Position numbers and translations under genes: made by a program. Shown one piece after another: positions 38,481 through 51,926 of a DNA stretch of 64,000 nt (position 1 is the first letter of the stretch; each line of letters starts with the position of its first letter). The notes below the pieces were generated by a model. It saw nothing but the letters and a program-made list of their open reading frames with translations. It did no database searches and was not told where the DNA came from. The stretch is taken from assembly GCA_030295235.1 (NCBI GenBank), contig AP026143.1, positions 744,001 through 808,000 on the forward strand. Reading direction: 5' to 3'. This stretch comes from Fistulifera solaris. Taxonomy: Eukaryota.

Positions 38481-39031
38481 GAGACCCAGTACTAGTATTT
38501 TGTGTCTCATCGTCCTTAGTCAGTATTTATTCGCTATATTGACAAGTCTTATGAAGAGACTCAAGCTGTCGAAGTGGACGAAGACGCGGATGTCAGCGCG
38601 CTTCTTGAATCCATGAAGTTGGCCGGAACAGCCAAATCGCCTCCCGCCCACAATCGACACGCATCTTTGCAGGACCAGTCCATGCATACGACGGACACGT
38701 ATGGGCGGATTCGCGTGCAAAGGCACAACTGGTGAAAGATCTCATCACCGGTTACGTCGCTCCCCTTTCCTTTGTCACTTGTCATCGAGCACTCTGTGGA
38801 CACAGGACACGCTTCAAGACCAAGACCCGCGTTACGATCTCCGTTAGTCTAGACCTAATAAAAAGTAAAGATCAAGAAAACAATAGCTTCCGCGGCTACC
38901 GTCATTTTAAGATTATCATTTGCGTCTTTCGTCTCTGGAGTAGTTATTGACACCGAGTCGGAATGAGAAAAGAAAAAGTTGGTCATTGATCTGTTTCGTA
39001 GCCCTCTCCCTGTTTCGGACCCAAAACTAAA

Positions 39032-41612
39032 CTAAATTCCATCATCATCATCATCAACATCTCCATTGTTCCCGGCAGCAACAACATCTTGCTGATAGTA
39101 CATCTCAAGAATCTGGTCGCTAGTCGTGGCATCCTCGGGACGCTTGTCTTCGCGAATTCGTTCAAAACGCGGGAACCGCAAGCCAATGCCGCGACCAGCT
39201 TCTCCTGTTTTTCCAACTGCTCCACGGTGAGCGGAGGATTTGGACAAGTCCGCTGCTTTCACTTCCCACACTTGTACGGCATCGAACCAAACATCGCACT
39301 CCAATTGATCTGTCACATTGTACTGTGACGTCTTGGCAGGAATGATATGCTGATTCAAAGTATCTGCCAAATTCTTCAAGTCCTCTTCCGAAAATCCCGT
39401 TCCAATCTTGCAAACGCTTTGAAATTCTTCCGTATCGGCGTCGTAGCAAGCTAACAAGTACGCCCCGTAGACACCCGTGCGTTTGCCGCGGCCATGATAA
39501 GCTCCCAGAGGCACCAAGTCTACACTATCCCCCAAGCCTTCCAAATAGTCCTTTTTGAGCTTCAACCAATTCAACGAACGCCTAGATGGTTCATAAACGT
39601 CATCCATAGTTTTCACCATGAGTCCTTCGCAGCACCCTTTCACCGCTTGGTCCAAGAATTCCTCAAGAATTGTCGTATCTCCATCTTCTTTGTGATCCAA
39701 ATATGTAGCGTACTGAAACTTTTCCGGAATGGGAAAGAAATGTTCTTGCAACAACTGACGGCGCGTTTCCAACGACTCAGACAACAAAGATCGTCCGTTC
39801 AAGTACATGAGATCAAAGGCATGAACAATGATTTGTACCTTGGCTGATTCGGCCGAGGATTCTGTCTTTTGCGGGTCGACAAAATCTGAAAGGGCACCAA
39901 CTTCCCGTCTTTAAAGGCGACGACTTCGGCATCCATAACGTACGATGTGACATTGCTCTGTTGCGCGGCCTTGACAAACACCGGTACTTCGGGGTACTTC
40001 TCCGATGTGTCCTGTCGAACAGCGAGCAGTAAAGAAAAGTGAATAAAGACTGCCCAACTAAATCATATCCAATGGATCACACAATCTCCACACGTACCAA
40101 TAGATTACGACTAAAAACCTTGGTCGTGCCGTCTTCCAACAAGTGAATTTGCGCTCTTTCCCCATCGTACTTGTATTCGCAAGTGAATTTTTGTCCATTC
40201 AAACGCTGCAAAACTTCTTGAATCGATTTGGTGGGTTTCGCCAACATGGGTGCGACAGGAATACCCGGCGTCAAAGTACAAGCTTGATACATGGCGGTGA
40301 GAGGAACCCGCAACGCCGCATCCAACAAGGCATCGTAGGAAGGAACTTCCGAATACGCGCGTTTAATGATTTGCACCGCGCCGTCCAGTCGTTTCTCAAT
40401 TGTCTGTTGTTTGTCAAGGTACTGTGCGACTTCGGCGGGGTATTTCGATTTTGTCTTGTTTTCGGCGTTTTCGGCATCCCGATGATACGCGGTCAATGCT
40501 AAAGCATGCGCCAACGAAATCAAGACCGTCGATTGCGCCAAACCAATGCGCAATTTCCCTTGCAATCCCCGCACAATGTACTTCATTTCCAAGGGATCTT
40601 GACACTTGACGAGCAACATCTTAATCTTATCCACTTTCCATTTCTGTGACTGATTGCCCTTGGTTTGCGCAATCTCTCGGAACGTCTGTAAGACCAAGTT
40701 GGCCGTCAATGGCGCTTTGGGTGTCTTGGCGGCAAAGAATCCTCCCAGAGTCGTTTGTTTGGATTTGCACTGCTGTGCCACAGTCCCCAGATCACCCGCT
40801 TGTTCGTACAATTGCTTGACACGGTTGCTTCCTACCGCTTCCGCCACCGCCTTGATCAAGAGCGAATCCCCAATCCCCAATTCGACATTATCACAAGCCG
40901 GTGCGACGGAATTAGACGTCAGATAGAGTGCGGTATACAAGTCAAGCGGTGCTAACAAGAGAATGGAGCGAAAGAGTTTGGTGAGCAATTGTTGAATTTG
41001 CAACCGAGCGGTAATGGCTTCAATCTCGGCCAGTGTTTGGCAGAGCACCGCGTACGGGAGTGTTTGTGACCACGTCGCCGTCTCGATCAACTGTTTGTCG
41101 GAAGGAAACTGTCCTTTGGGGGCGGCGCGAAACAAATCGGTGGGCGGTAGAGGTACGACGCTGGTCGCGGGCTTGGAAATTACCGTAGTCTCGTTCGATT
41201 GCGTGCTAAGAGACGTAGTTACTGCCGCTGTAGCTGCTTTCTTCGTTACAGCTTCTGTCTCTTTCGTTTGCGGTTCATCTGCTGGCATGTCGTTGCTATA
41301 TTTATTGTTATTCTCAACTTTCTTGAGCTCTTTCTCATCACTCTCGTTCGACAATCGCTGTTTGCTTTGTTTGCTGTTACATTGTTTCATCAAAGGCGAT
41401 TCTGTTTTGCTCGCTTGAACAGCTTTAGCGTCGTCTTCGTCATCATCATCGTCAAGAATGGCGCGGCGTTTGCGATTGCCCTTGCTTTCTTTGTCCGTTG
41501 CCTTGGGATCGTCTACGAGGCTAACATTCTTGTTGTTTTCCGTATTCTCTTTGACAACTTTGAGTCCGAAGAATGCATCCAAATTGGATTGACGTTTCTG
41601 TTTGCTGCTCAT
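39032..41612 (-). CDS. LIG1: DNA ligase I
   Basis: N-terminal PIP box QSNLDAFF, active-site EYKYDGERAQIH, EGLMVK, WLKLKKDY and LRFPRF. Intron at about 40097-40012; one A missing at 39867-39870. Confidence 0.96.
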
Positions 41613-42132
41613 CTCAAGAAAAGAATAGAAAAAGCAGGGTTTATTACAATCAACGAGAGCAATGCGATCCGCTTCTCTCACAATTGTGTTGCTCGCGTCG
41701 TTTGTCGTCGTTTGTCGTCGTTTGGTTTCACGCGCGGATGGAGGGAAAAAGAAAGTGTTGGCTGGCGCCTTTCAACGTATAACTTCGTACTGAATAGAGG
41801 GATGGACGGCTCGCTTTCGCGCTTCCCTATCACACTATGGCTGTGAGTGTAGATTACTTTTTTCCCGACTGGAATTCAGTCACGTGTCGACCCGGGCTTT
41901 TTATTTTGTCGACGAGTTCGAGCTCATTGCGAGCGACAAATGTCATTCTTCTCGAAAGCTGTTTCATATCCTTATTAAACTCAATGAGAGAGTTATTTAT
42001 ACGGGTAGCAAGGAAACGGATTGATGGAAGAATTGCGAATGGGCAGGCGTGAAAAGTTTTTATGTCGCCTCAAAGATACGTGGTATTTTCGCCTCTCGAG
42101 TCTCGACAGCGTCCCCTTCTCCCTATTACACG

Positions 42133-43416
42133 ATGCGTCGATCACGTCAACTACCGTTTCCTCTTCAGTTCCTTGCAATTTCTCTCCTACTTTTGTATCT
42201 ACTGTCAATTACGGTTCTGTGGACGATACACGATGATTCCGCAACCGTCAAACAAAACGATCTCTTTTTCTCCTCCTCGTTTCGAGTTTCACTAGCAGCA
42301 CAGCCGGCATTTTTATTCTTATCCAGAGTCCCTCACTGCACCAATAACAACCTAACAGAACCATTCTGTGTTAATTGGAATCAAAATATGGATGAATGGT
42401 GGTCGCATCATCCGACTTGGGAACTCGCAATGCAAAATACAACGCATCAATGTTTTCAACCTATATCGAATTCACAACAAGCGCAACTTTATCAACAACT
42501 GTATGAGTTGCAGCAGCAGAAACACAATCATACGACAACTTGTCGCACTAAAATCATTTCCAACTCAGGTTGGGGCGTCGATGTGTCTTACATAGTCGAT
42601 GGCTTGCTCTATGCGTTACAGCACAAAACACCCGTCTATCTGAAATGGCAGGGTCCTTGGCAATATGCACCGCCCTCGTGCTCCTCCCAAGATGCGCGTT
42701 GTTTGTTTCTACCCTTTTCCGCTCCGCCGTGTCGAGAGCAATCACCCGAAGAACAACGAGCAAAATACTGGCAAACTCCGTGGTCCGCGTATTCAAGTCC
42801 ACAAACACGTTGGGTGTTGCAATATGCCACACGCGGCCAAACGTGGTTGCGGCAACAGGCCATCCAATGGGTGGACAATGTTTCATTGCCGGACTCGTGT
42901 GATGTTGCGATTCATGTCCGGCGGGCCGATGTCATTCTGCATGGAGAGTTCAGCCGACAATATCACAAATTACGAGAGTACGTGCAAGCCTATCTGGACG
43001 CCATGGGCAGCGATCGAACGACGCCTCGACATGTTTTGCTACTAACAGACGACGCCAATGCCATTGGAGAAGCGTTGCAGTATACTCAACGGACGAATTT
43101 GCCGTGGCAGTGGTATTATTTCGATCGACCGCGGTTTCGTGGACCCGAGGGTGGTTGGGAAAATGCCATTCCATCGCAGGATCCGGCCATGGAAGTGGCC
43201 ATTCTTTACGCATCGGTGCAATTACTACAACGCTGTGCGGTTTTGGTTCATTCGAAAAGTAATTTGGCCGAATACTACTTTGCGTTTATGCAACTAGCGG
43301 CGGGCGATCGTGTTCGACGTATTGATTTGGATGCGAATCGTCCACACAATGAAATACACAATCCACACAATGCCGAAACGGTACGATACTCGCGTGCGTT
43401 TGATGTGTTAGCATAG
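42133..43416 (+). CDS. Type II membrane glycosyltransferase, alpha-1,6-fucosyltransferase (GT23)-like
   Basis: N-terminal TM anchor, SGWG motif, AIHVRRAD (HVRR nucleotide-sugar motif), LLTDD and C..LVH..SN. Confidence 0.65.
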   Translation: MRRSRQLPFPLQFLAISLLLLYLLSITVLWTIHDDSATVKQNDLFFSSSFRVSLAAQPAFLFLSRVPHCTNNNLTEPFCVNWNQNMDEWWSHHPTWELAMQNTTHQCFQPISNSQQAQLYQQLYELQQQKHNHTTTCRTKIISNSGWGVDVSYIVDGLLYALQHKTPVYLKWQGPWQYAPPSCSSQDARCLFLPFSAPPCREQSPEEQRAKYWQTPWSAYSSPQTRWVLQYATRGQTWLRQQAIQWVDNVSLPDSCDVAIHVRRADVILHGEFSRQYHKLREYVQAYLDAMGSDRTTPRHVLLLTDDANAIGEALQYTQRTNLPWQWYYFDRPRFRGPEGGWENAIPSQDPAMEVAILYASVQLLQRCAVLVHSKSNLAEYYFAFMQLAAGDRVRRIDLDANRPHNEIHNPHNAETVRYSRAFDVLA

Positions 43417-43463
43417 TTTTTCGTTGGAAAAAAAGTACGATAACAATTGCAAACCGTGCTGGA

Positions 43464-46269
43464 CTAAAACCAATAATTAACACTGATCGATGGGGTCAAC
43501 GACCGAACGTAATGCCACATACGCGCGGGAATGTACAATCCATCTCCTGGATACAAAACTACCTCGGTATACGATGCTGATTGGGCTAATGGATGCTGTT
43601 GCCAGTCTTCGTCCTCGCAATTCAAAGCGCTCATATTTCCTTGTGCCGCCGCACCACTCGTTGTCTTGGAGATGACGTACAACTTTGCCTGTTCCTCGGC
43701 TGGATACAGTCGCACGTATTTCACCCCCACCACTTGTACCAACCAATTGTCGTAACTGTCATAATGAAGTGGCGTACGTGTACCGGCACTGCCGAGCCAG
43801 ACATTCGTGTGTGTCGGTCCCTGTGTTCCACATAGAAGAGGACTCACATCGACAAATTCTTTCAGAGCGGGAATTTGTTCCAGCAAAGGGTGTTGCGCCA
43901 AATACATAGTAGAAGCGCTGTGTTGCTGGGCCTCTTGCAAACTCCAGACTTCATTCTCGACTTTCTCGCTGGCAGAACGAATGGCATGTAACAAATTTCG
44001 CAAGGAGACAATTTCTTCCCGCATGCTTTTACCATCTTTAGTTGCAAGCATAGAACCTCGTTCCACGGGAATTTGCCTGTGTCCGTGAACTTGGCCAAAC
44101 ACTCCTTCCAAGTCATTCCAAGCAGTGAGGGCGCTCCAACCATTGGCGAAGTTGCGCAGTACCAAGGGACGCGAGACGAGGACATGATTCGTTGAAAATG
44201 TACGGTAAAAAGGGGGTTCATGGAGTTCGTCGGGTAGAGGATATTGAATTGGATGCGACAAGCCGTGCTGTTCGATCCATTGTTGCAAAGTGGGGCCCGC
44301 GTAATTGGGAAGAAGAAAATTACCAGGCAACATTACGGGTAATTCGGAAATAGAGTAAGCATGATGCTCGACGTACGCCATGAATCCGGTCAAGTGAGGA
44401 TCGGTCCGTGCGGGCAAGCCTAGAACCATGCCTCGATCCAAAAAAGTCTAATGCATCGAGAAAACACCACCGATGCGCTAGCCCCAAGGCTGCGACAACC
44501 ACAGCACACCAGTATGCATTTCGATAAGCTTCGTTAGGCCATGCATTTGTAGACTCCAACGCCGAATACAAGATAGATACTACATCATTTCCCAACAACT
44601 CCATGAGAGCGAAATCCTTCTGCTCGATTCCCTGCACGCATTTTTGAAACAATGTCACATATTCCATTGGTAGCGAACCACCATGTTTGTGATCATGGAC
44701 CCAAGTGGTAACAAAGCTCGATGCTTTGGCAAATAACGGGAGCGGTGTAGCGCCATACACGACGTGATTACGGATAGAGTCGAGGCGTTCGAGACAAGCT
44801 TGTAGCTTTTGTTCCGAGTCTTCATCATCGGAGTCAGCTGCCGTCTGCATATCATTGTCGTTTTCCTCATCACCTCCGTCTTCTCCAAACAAGTTATTCT
44901 CGTCGTCGTCGTTCGCTCGAGCTGGCAATTTTGATTCTTCACCTTCTTGTTCTTTGACACACTTCGAGCACGTACAGACAAACCCGTAATTGACTAGCGC
45001 TTGTTGACGTTCTTCAAGTGATTTGTTTGAATGTTCGATGTACGATATGGTCAACTCTTCGCCTTCTTGAATATCTTTGATAGCCAGTGCAAATATTGTA
45101 AGCGGTCGCTGCCACGACGGATTCCTGTGATAAACAAGGAGTACATTGGGGTCGCACGAATGATTCATTTTGCAGGCCGTCGCGTACATTGCAGTCCCAT
45201 CGAGAGGAGGAAAAATCTGATCCAAGTCATCCCCTTCTTGCGCGGTCAGGGAAGGTGCGTCGTCGTCCGAAGGTGATTCAGTGGCTACGTCCGTCACCAT
45301 GCCGTCTTCTTTAATATATAATTCCGATAGAAATTTGGCAATCTCATCCACAGAATAATCCCAGTCTCCTTCAACCATAGCTGATTTGGCATTTGTCTTT
45401 TGCTCGTCATCGTCATCTTCTTCCTCGCAATCGCTGTCACAATCATCCCCGCCGATGAACCCTGCCTCTGCAAGGCATTGCACAATATTCGAATGATACA
45501 TTTCTCGGAAATCTCGGTCAAAGACCTCCCGACAAAGTGGATGACGCTGCCGGACACCAATGGCATTCTGTTCACAGGCTCCTACGCGTTTCGCAATGTC
45601 TAACGCTGTAATCGGAGGAATCGTATGAGTGTGTTCCGTCACCTGCAAGACTTGATTCAACAAATCAGCAGCGTCTTGACACAGTTTTCGGATCGATTGA
45701 TTCAGAGCGGCTGTTTCGGCGAAAGCACCTGGTTGCTGTTCCAGTTCGAGAGTCGCTACTTCCCACCAAGGATTCATGCAAAAATCGATCCACTTGGATG
45801 CTGTACTTTCCCCTGGTGGTATTTGATGATGTTCTAGGATCCACCACTGTGCAATCAACAATAGAATCTCGTTGCTTTCGACGGCTAGCTGTTTAAATAG
45901 CACCAAAGGATGTTCTTCATCATCAGCTATATTCCCTGTACACAAAAAACGATGATGCATTCTCCAAGCAGCGTCTTCACACTCTTTGTTGCAATAAACG
46001 TAGCCACACTTTTGCCGACAAGATGTAATAATGGTTTTGCAAGCAGCTAACGACTTGGATGGGAAACGATGTTGCATAGCGTCGGCAGCGTTACCCACAA
46101 AGCCATGACACGCGTGACAGACCCACGCTTGTTGTGTATTCAATCCTAAACTCTGCTGAAAGAGCATCGGACGTTCACAAAAGATCAAATCATGACGAGA
46201 CAAATCATATCGAGCTCGTAAATGTCGGCCTTGTTCTTCGTTGCAGCAAATATCATACAGAACTGTCAT
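43464..46269 (-). CDS. SET/MYND (SMYD-type) methyltransferase fused to a JMJD5/KDM8-type JmjC dioxygenase (frameshift at A-run 44440-44445)
   Basis: MYND-like C/H motifs, NHSCDPN, GEELTISYI and post-SET YGFVCTCSKC, followed by YLAQHPL, TPLHYD and WHYVRSLTPSISVNYWF. Removing one base gives a single 934-aa ORF. Confidence 0.8.
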
Positions 46270-47157
46270 TCTCTTCGTTTTTCTTCTATATTGTTAGGAA
46301 ATAAATGGGTCGCAACAGCCCTAAAGATAAAGGAAACGCATTCTGACGATCGCGAAAGAACAAAAATAACAATAAACGAAAATGGTTGGCTTTCGGACCT
46401 CGGCTATTGCCGGGACTAAATTCTATTGAGTCGTATAAAATGGTAATATACTATTTGCATTATAGTACATATTCGCGCAACTTTTTTCAAAATTTAGTCG
46501 ACGCAAATTGTTCGTATACAGCGTACAACATCACCAAAATGAACGAAATCAATAAATTCATGTTTTAATGAAGTAAGAGTATCGTCTTCAAATGCGTAAA
46601 CCGTGTTTGAGTGCGTTAAAACAAACCTAATGCGTTTCATCTCGAGAAAAAAACATCCGCGACGACAGCAGAGGTCGAAATCCATCATATTATTCAGCCT
46701 CCAAAAAGCGTTTATGGTTTTTAGAGTTTGAGCGGCTTCAAAAAGCCGCTATCACAGAATGATTTGCTCAATAACATTTCCGGGACTGAAGTATTATTGA
46801 TTCACAAAACCTCTCTCGTACACTTTCTACCATAGTTTATTCTCTTCTCGATTTCGCATCTCGCAGCGCAACAACTTATGTAACTACTCCGGAGTACTTC
46901 TAACTTCTGTTGGATCATAGACACTGCAAACATTGGACGCTACCAGGTATTAGGCATAGCTTATGCAGAATTGACGCCCTCTCTACTTAGGTGAAAAAAG
47001 CGCAACACTCGAGGATAAAGCGACAAACGGTATATACCAGAACCTGTTGAAAACGAGAGAACTGAAAGACTAATTGGCTAAATGAGTTGAGAAAATAGTT
47101 ATGAATACAACAAACGTTTATGATGATACGGTGAGTTTACTGGCGCGCAACCGGCCT

Positions 47158-49223
47158 TCATTGATATAAAAGATGAGATTCTTTGGATCGAATTTGGTGG
47201 CAAAGCTCCAAGCCTACATCCGAGTAGGAAGCAATACTAGGACGGCGTTGGGGTTTGCGGGGAGACACATCCGCCACCGTATCGATCAAATTCTTGGCGG
47301 CCTCGCGAGCGTTTTGTAACTTGCGAACCATGGTAGTCATTTCAAAATCGGTAACCGGAGGTTCCGCAAAACTGATGGTCTTTTTCACTTTGGGCTTTTT
47401 CTTCTTCTTTGTGCTTCTTCTTCTTATCCTTTTTCGACTTTTTGTCCTTTTTGGATGACGAACTGCTTTTTTCTTTTCAGTGACTTTTCCTCCTTTTCTT
47501 CTTTCGAGGATTCTTTCTTCTTGTCCTTGTCTTTTTTTCTTCTTCTCCGCCTTTTCTTGTTCTTTTCTTCTTCTTGTCCTTCTTATCCTTCTTATCCTTC
47601 TTCGACTTGTCTTTATCTTTCTTGCTATGCTTTCGCTCCACCTTCTTCTTATCACGCGACTCTTTCGAATCATCGGAGCTACTACTACTGCTGCTAGTGC
47701 TAGCACTAACGACGCGTTTGATGGAAGGGAGTCGCCGTAACGTAGGCAAGTCTTTGTAAGGCGGCAAATCATTTTCCTCTGGTAATAGTATTTCGGGTAA
47801 GAGGTCCTCTTCTTCCTCTTCGGTCTTCGATTCGCCCATCATTACGTCATAGCCCAGGTCCGGGAAATCACTTGTCGGCGGAAGAGACCATGTGAAATGC
47901 AGACCTTGTGGACGGTTGCAGATCCTCAAAGGCTCCGGCTTTTCCTCCGCCACGGTGCGCGACAAGCTTTTGTGCAGTTGAGCTTGCAGACGTCCGAACC
48001 AGTTCTTGGGTTTTGAGACCGTGAGCGGTACCACCGGCGCCGATGACCGCGCTGTTTCCTTTCGAACTGTTTCGGAATAGGTAGCTGGAAACTCCGTGTC
48101 CATGGGTACTTCGAGACTCTTGCACCTGTATTCTTGCTTGCAAGCAGCAATCAGCTTGGCGTGCTTCTTCGATTGCATGTAGTCTTCTGGGAGGTCTACA
48201 GCAACATGAACACTGCGAGCCACGGATCGTCGTCGACTCAGTTGCTCGAGTGGGAGCCCAGCTGAAGTCATGGACGAAGGCGTATGTGTCTTGACAGCTG
48301 TATCTTCTTCATCGTCGTTCTCGTTGTTACCATGTGGAACTTGAATATTCACCTTTTTGCGCTCAAGGGCATCTTTTTCAAGCCCTTCTTTGTACGCGTT
48401 TGCAGCCATTTCCATCTTTTGCTCCTTTGCTTTTTGCAGGAAATGCGCTCGATGCGATTTCTTCACCTTTTCTCGCAATGATCCGAATAGCCCTGGTGAT
48501 TTCCCCGTTTTCTCTTGGAACATATCGAAAAACTCATCTACGTCTTGAACTTTGGCTTCGACATCGATTTCGCTCGCGACGGTTTTGTCCTCCCTTGATC
48601 GCTTTTTTCTGTCTAAATCGGCCTCCCACTTTGGAGACAAGTTTCCTTGGATAGTGGAGGCTTGTTTTGCACGTTTTCATCATTTCAAAAAGTCGCGCTT
48701 TGGACTTGATATAACCATTATTGTTTCGTTTGTTGGAAGATGAGTCAGAAATAGACTTTTGCGGAGAATTCCTTTGTGAAGACTCAAAGATGCTGACTCG
48801 ATCCTGAATTGAACTGCTCATCGGTTGTCGAAATGAGCGACGAATCATGTTAGGTCTCCTGTGGACGTCGTCTTCTTCGCTATCGCTATCATCGCAGATT
48901 TCGATAAGGTCTTCATTTTCTTCGGCTGACAAAGGCATTGCAATATCGAGCCGCGATCGCTCCTGCGAAGACGATTCGAAGAAGGATGTTCGTTGTCGAA
49001 CCAATGGAGAGAGACGAGGCGAAAGACTTTTTCGCTCCATCGAGGGCTCATCATCGTAATTATACGTAAGGGTTTGCTCACTCGTTTTGCTTAGCAGTAT
49101 TCGTGCAGTCACCTGCTCAGCCATCTTTGTGTGCAATGGACGAGACACTGGACTGCAGGGGCTTTCCGATGAACACATTGTTGTTGCTAATGCTTCAGTG
49201 CTATTCTCTGCAAGTGGATACAC
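47158..49223 (-). CDS. Low-complexity Ser/Lys/Glu-rich hypothetical protein (three overlapping ORFs, probably one gene with frameshifts)
   Basis: Consecutive overlapping minus-strand ORFs 48534-49223, 47477-48640 and 47158-47772 with K/D/E-rich tracts. Confidence 0.55.
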
Positions 49224-50674
49224 GGAGTAGTTGCTTTGCTTGCAATGGCTTGCTTGTAGGTTTGCTTTGTTTGTTTTTTCACTTGATAACTTGTGTGGCG
49301 ACGAGAATCAAAAGAGGAAAAACCTTTTCAATCCGATGAGGCAAAACGAGAACGAGATGGAAGATAGAGGTCACGTGACAAATTTCTTCTTTAACCCACG
49401 AACAGGGCAATACTGAAAACGAACAACAGAAGAACGCTACGTGGTTACAATGACTTCTTACAACTCATAGGGCCTATGACTCATTCTATGGAATCATATG
49501 GAGAACATATGACTCAATTTCAAGTTCCAATGTCTCCTGTTCCACCTTCCTTGTATAAGTAGGACTTTGAAGTCGCCTTCTTTTTAATCTTGAAGTGCAA
49601 CGAGATCTTTAAGCTTTTAAGAATTGCCCTTAATCAGAAAATCGTGGAAACAGTTTGGAATGATCGAAAACAGTTTGTCATACTCGAAAACAGTTCACAG
49701 ATTTTATATCCTCTCTGTAGTACTGATCTGCTGTTTCGGCGCGCTAACCAATGAAAACTCTAAATTCGATCCATGCGTTACTCATGTTCTCAACCGGGAA
49801 GCAAGGAACAAGGAACGAGCAAGGTAAGATGTACCTGGTACCGTAAGATGAAAGAAGAAAGAATGTTTTCTGTTTTCTTTTGTAATTTGTGATTACTGTA
49901 CGTATTGACTATTGACTAGCTAGTCTATGAACTATGAACTTTAAATGCAGTACAAGTATGAAATGACTGATTGGGTCAATGCTTCGATGGGAGGTCGAGC
50001 GAGGGAGAGCCGAAGAGACGAGAGAAGAGAGACATTGTGGCATCCATCATCGATGCATATCAAGCTCGAATCTGGGGAGAGAAGGTCTTTGACAGTTCGC
50101 AAAATGGCTATTGCAATAATTAAGGTCGAGTTTCGACTCTTAGCTTGTGCTTTCGATTCTCCATTTGAAAGAGAAGAGCGACAAAGTCGAGGTCATAAGG
50201 AATGATTTGAGAGTGATGGGATCAAAACGCTGTTCTTTATCTGTCGGAACGCCATGTTTCAAGACCGTTCACGCTGCGAGAATCATTACTCGACATTTAC
50301 TTACCCTTCCTGCTGATAAATTAGTTGTTCATCTGCATTGAATGTCTGCTTCTGAGACAGCTGGTGCCTCGTGCTCTGGCTGGAGTTGCAATTTGCCTTT
50401 ATAGAGCTATAAGCAACACTTCGATCGCTACAAATGTGTGTACAACAGCAATATTGCGGAGAGGAATAAATTCGTGCAGATAATAAACGAAGATACACCC
50501 ATCCATCAATGATTCTACCCTTTACTCAGATTTTACTCAGAAATTGACTTGATAAAGCACTCGTTACTCGCCTCTGCAAGGTTACCTGGTAGGCCAAAGC
50601 ATAAATGCCCACCTTCGTGACTAGGAAAAATCCATTTTACTGGTTAGAGCAAAGTGAATTTTCTTTTTTTCTTC

Positions 50675-51424
50675 TTAGCTACGCCTTTTTCGAGCATGTT
50701 GTGAGGGATTCAAACAAAAGCAGATAAAAAAGCCCAGAGAGAAGACCGCTGTCAAAACAATTGCCGCGATAAATACAGCAACGATGGGCGAGGTCGAATC
50801 GGATGTCACCGAAGGTGAATCGCCTGTGAATCCTACGTTGTCTGCGGGCGCCGATTCCTTAACCGGTTCTGTTGGCGAGGCAGGCCACACGTCCCTCTCT
50901 GGCTTGGCAGTGGGAGGCGCTGTAGACGGTGTTATAGAAGCAAACTCCATAGGGATGTCGTCGCCTTGTGGGTCCACTGCAAACACATAAATGGCCATAC
51001 CAGCAATCGCCAGACAAGAGAGGAACGCACACGTCATTGACATTCGAAGCAACCATTTCGTATAGCCGGGCGTTTCTATTAGCTTTCCTTCAATCAAGGG
51101 CGCATTGAAGATTTCCAGCATCTTGGCTTCTCGGGCTTCATCTACAGGGACTGCGTGTGCTTCCGGAGTTGCAATATCGATGTCGGCGGTTGTCGGACTT
51201 GGCGGATTTTCTTCATCAACTTGTTCGTGACAAGAAGACTCTTCAGTTTGCTCTTGATCTAGATCTTCCTTTGTTAGCGCGGAGTCGAACTGGATTGTTG
51301 CGGCTTCATGGCTAAGCTGACTAACATGATCAGAGAACTCAGGCGTTTTATGATTGTCGCTGAAGATTCGTTGCTTTTCAGAGGGAGTTGCAAATTGTTG
51401 AGTAGCTTTCTCGCTTGTTAACAT
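50675..51424 (-). CDS. Two-TM membrane protein with a Pro/Ser/Thr-rich loop (paralog 1)
   Basis: Acidic N-terminus, TM1 (CAFLSCLAIAGMAIYVFAV), P/T/S loop, TM2 and a basic tail. Confidence 0.7.
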   Translation of the reverse strand: MLTSEKATQQFATPSEKQRIFSDNHKTPEFSDHVSQLSHEAATIQFDSALTKEDLDQEQTEESSCHEQVDEENPPSPTTADIDIATPEAHAVPVDEAREAKMLEIFNAPLIEGKLIETPGYTKWLLRMSMTCAFLSCLAIAGMAIYVFAVDPQGDDIPMEFASITPSTAPPTAKPERDVWPASPTEPVKESAPADNVGFTGDSPSVTSDSTSPIVAVFIAAIVLTAVFSLGFFICFCLNPSQHARKRRS

Positions 51425-51926
51425 ATCGACAAGTAAAACCTTTAAAAGTTTACACGAAGGTAATGTTGACTGACAAATTTTAGAGTAAATTTATGCGAAA
51501 AATCGTGCGAAAAAGGCAAACGCTTTCGTTGTTGACCATGGCGGCAGCATCCAGCATCAAGCTCAATGTTCCCAAACGTGCACCTATACGACTGTAGAGG
51601 AAAAAGCAGCTCGCCCGCCGCATTCGGAAGCATGAATAATGGCCGTACTTCCAAGTGCATAGTACATCGTCACTGTAAACTCTGTATAGACCTTGGAGTA
51701 GGAGACACAAACACGAAGAAAACCTCAGCACCGAAGCGACAAGAGACAGAGACACATGCTACCGATTGCGGATAGCTAGGGAGACCGAGAAGAACCCCGT
51801 CGATGACTTTAGGAAGGTGAAACACACAAGGTCCTTCTTCTCTCATCAACTCCTTCATTCCATATTATATTCCTGCCCACACTGAGCAACGCTCAGGCGC
51901 GTGAACTTCGGAGTACAGAACTCCGT

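Noticed and set aside
38540..38950. Possible small gene or gene fragment on the + strand (DKSYEETQAVEVDEDADV...)
   Set aside because: No clear start or recognisable domain and the frame is broken; cannot be supported.
44440..44445. Programmed ribosomal frameshift between SET and JmjC
   Set aside because: The same indel type occurs in many unrelated genes in this window, so assembly error is more parsimonious.
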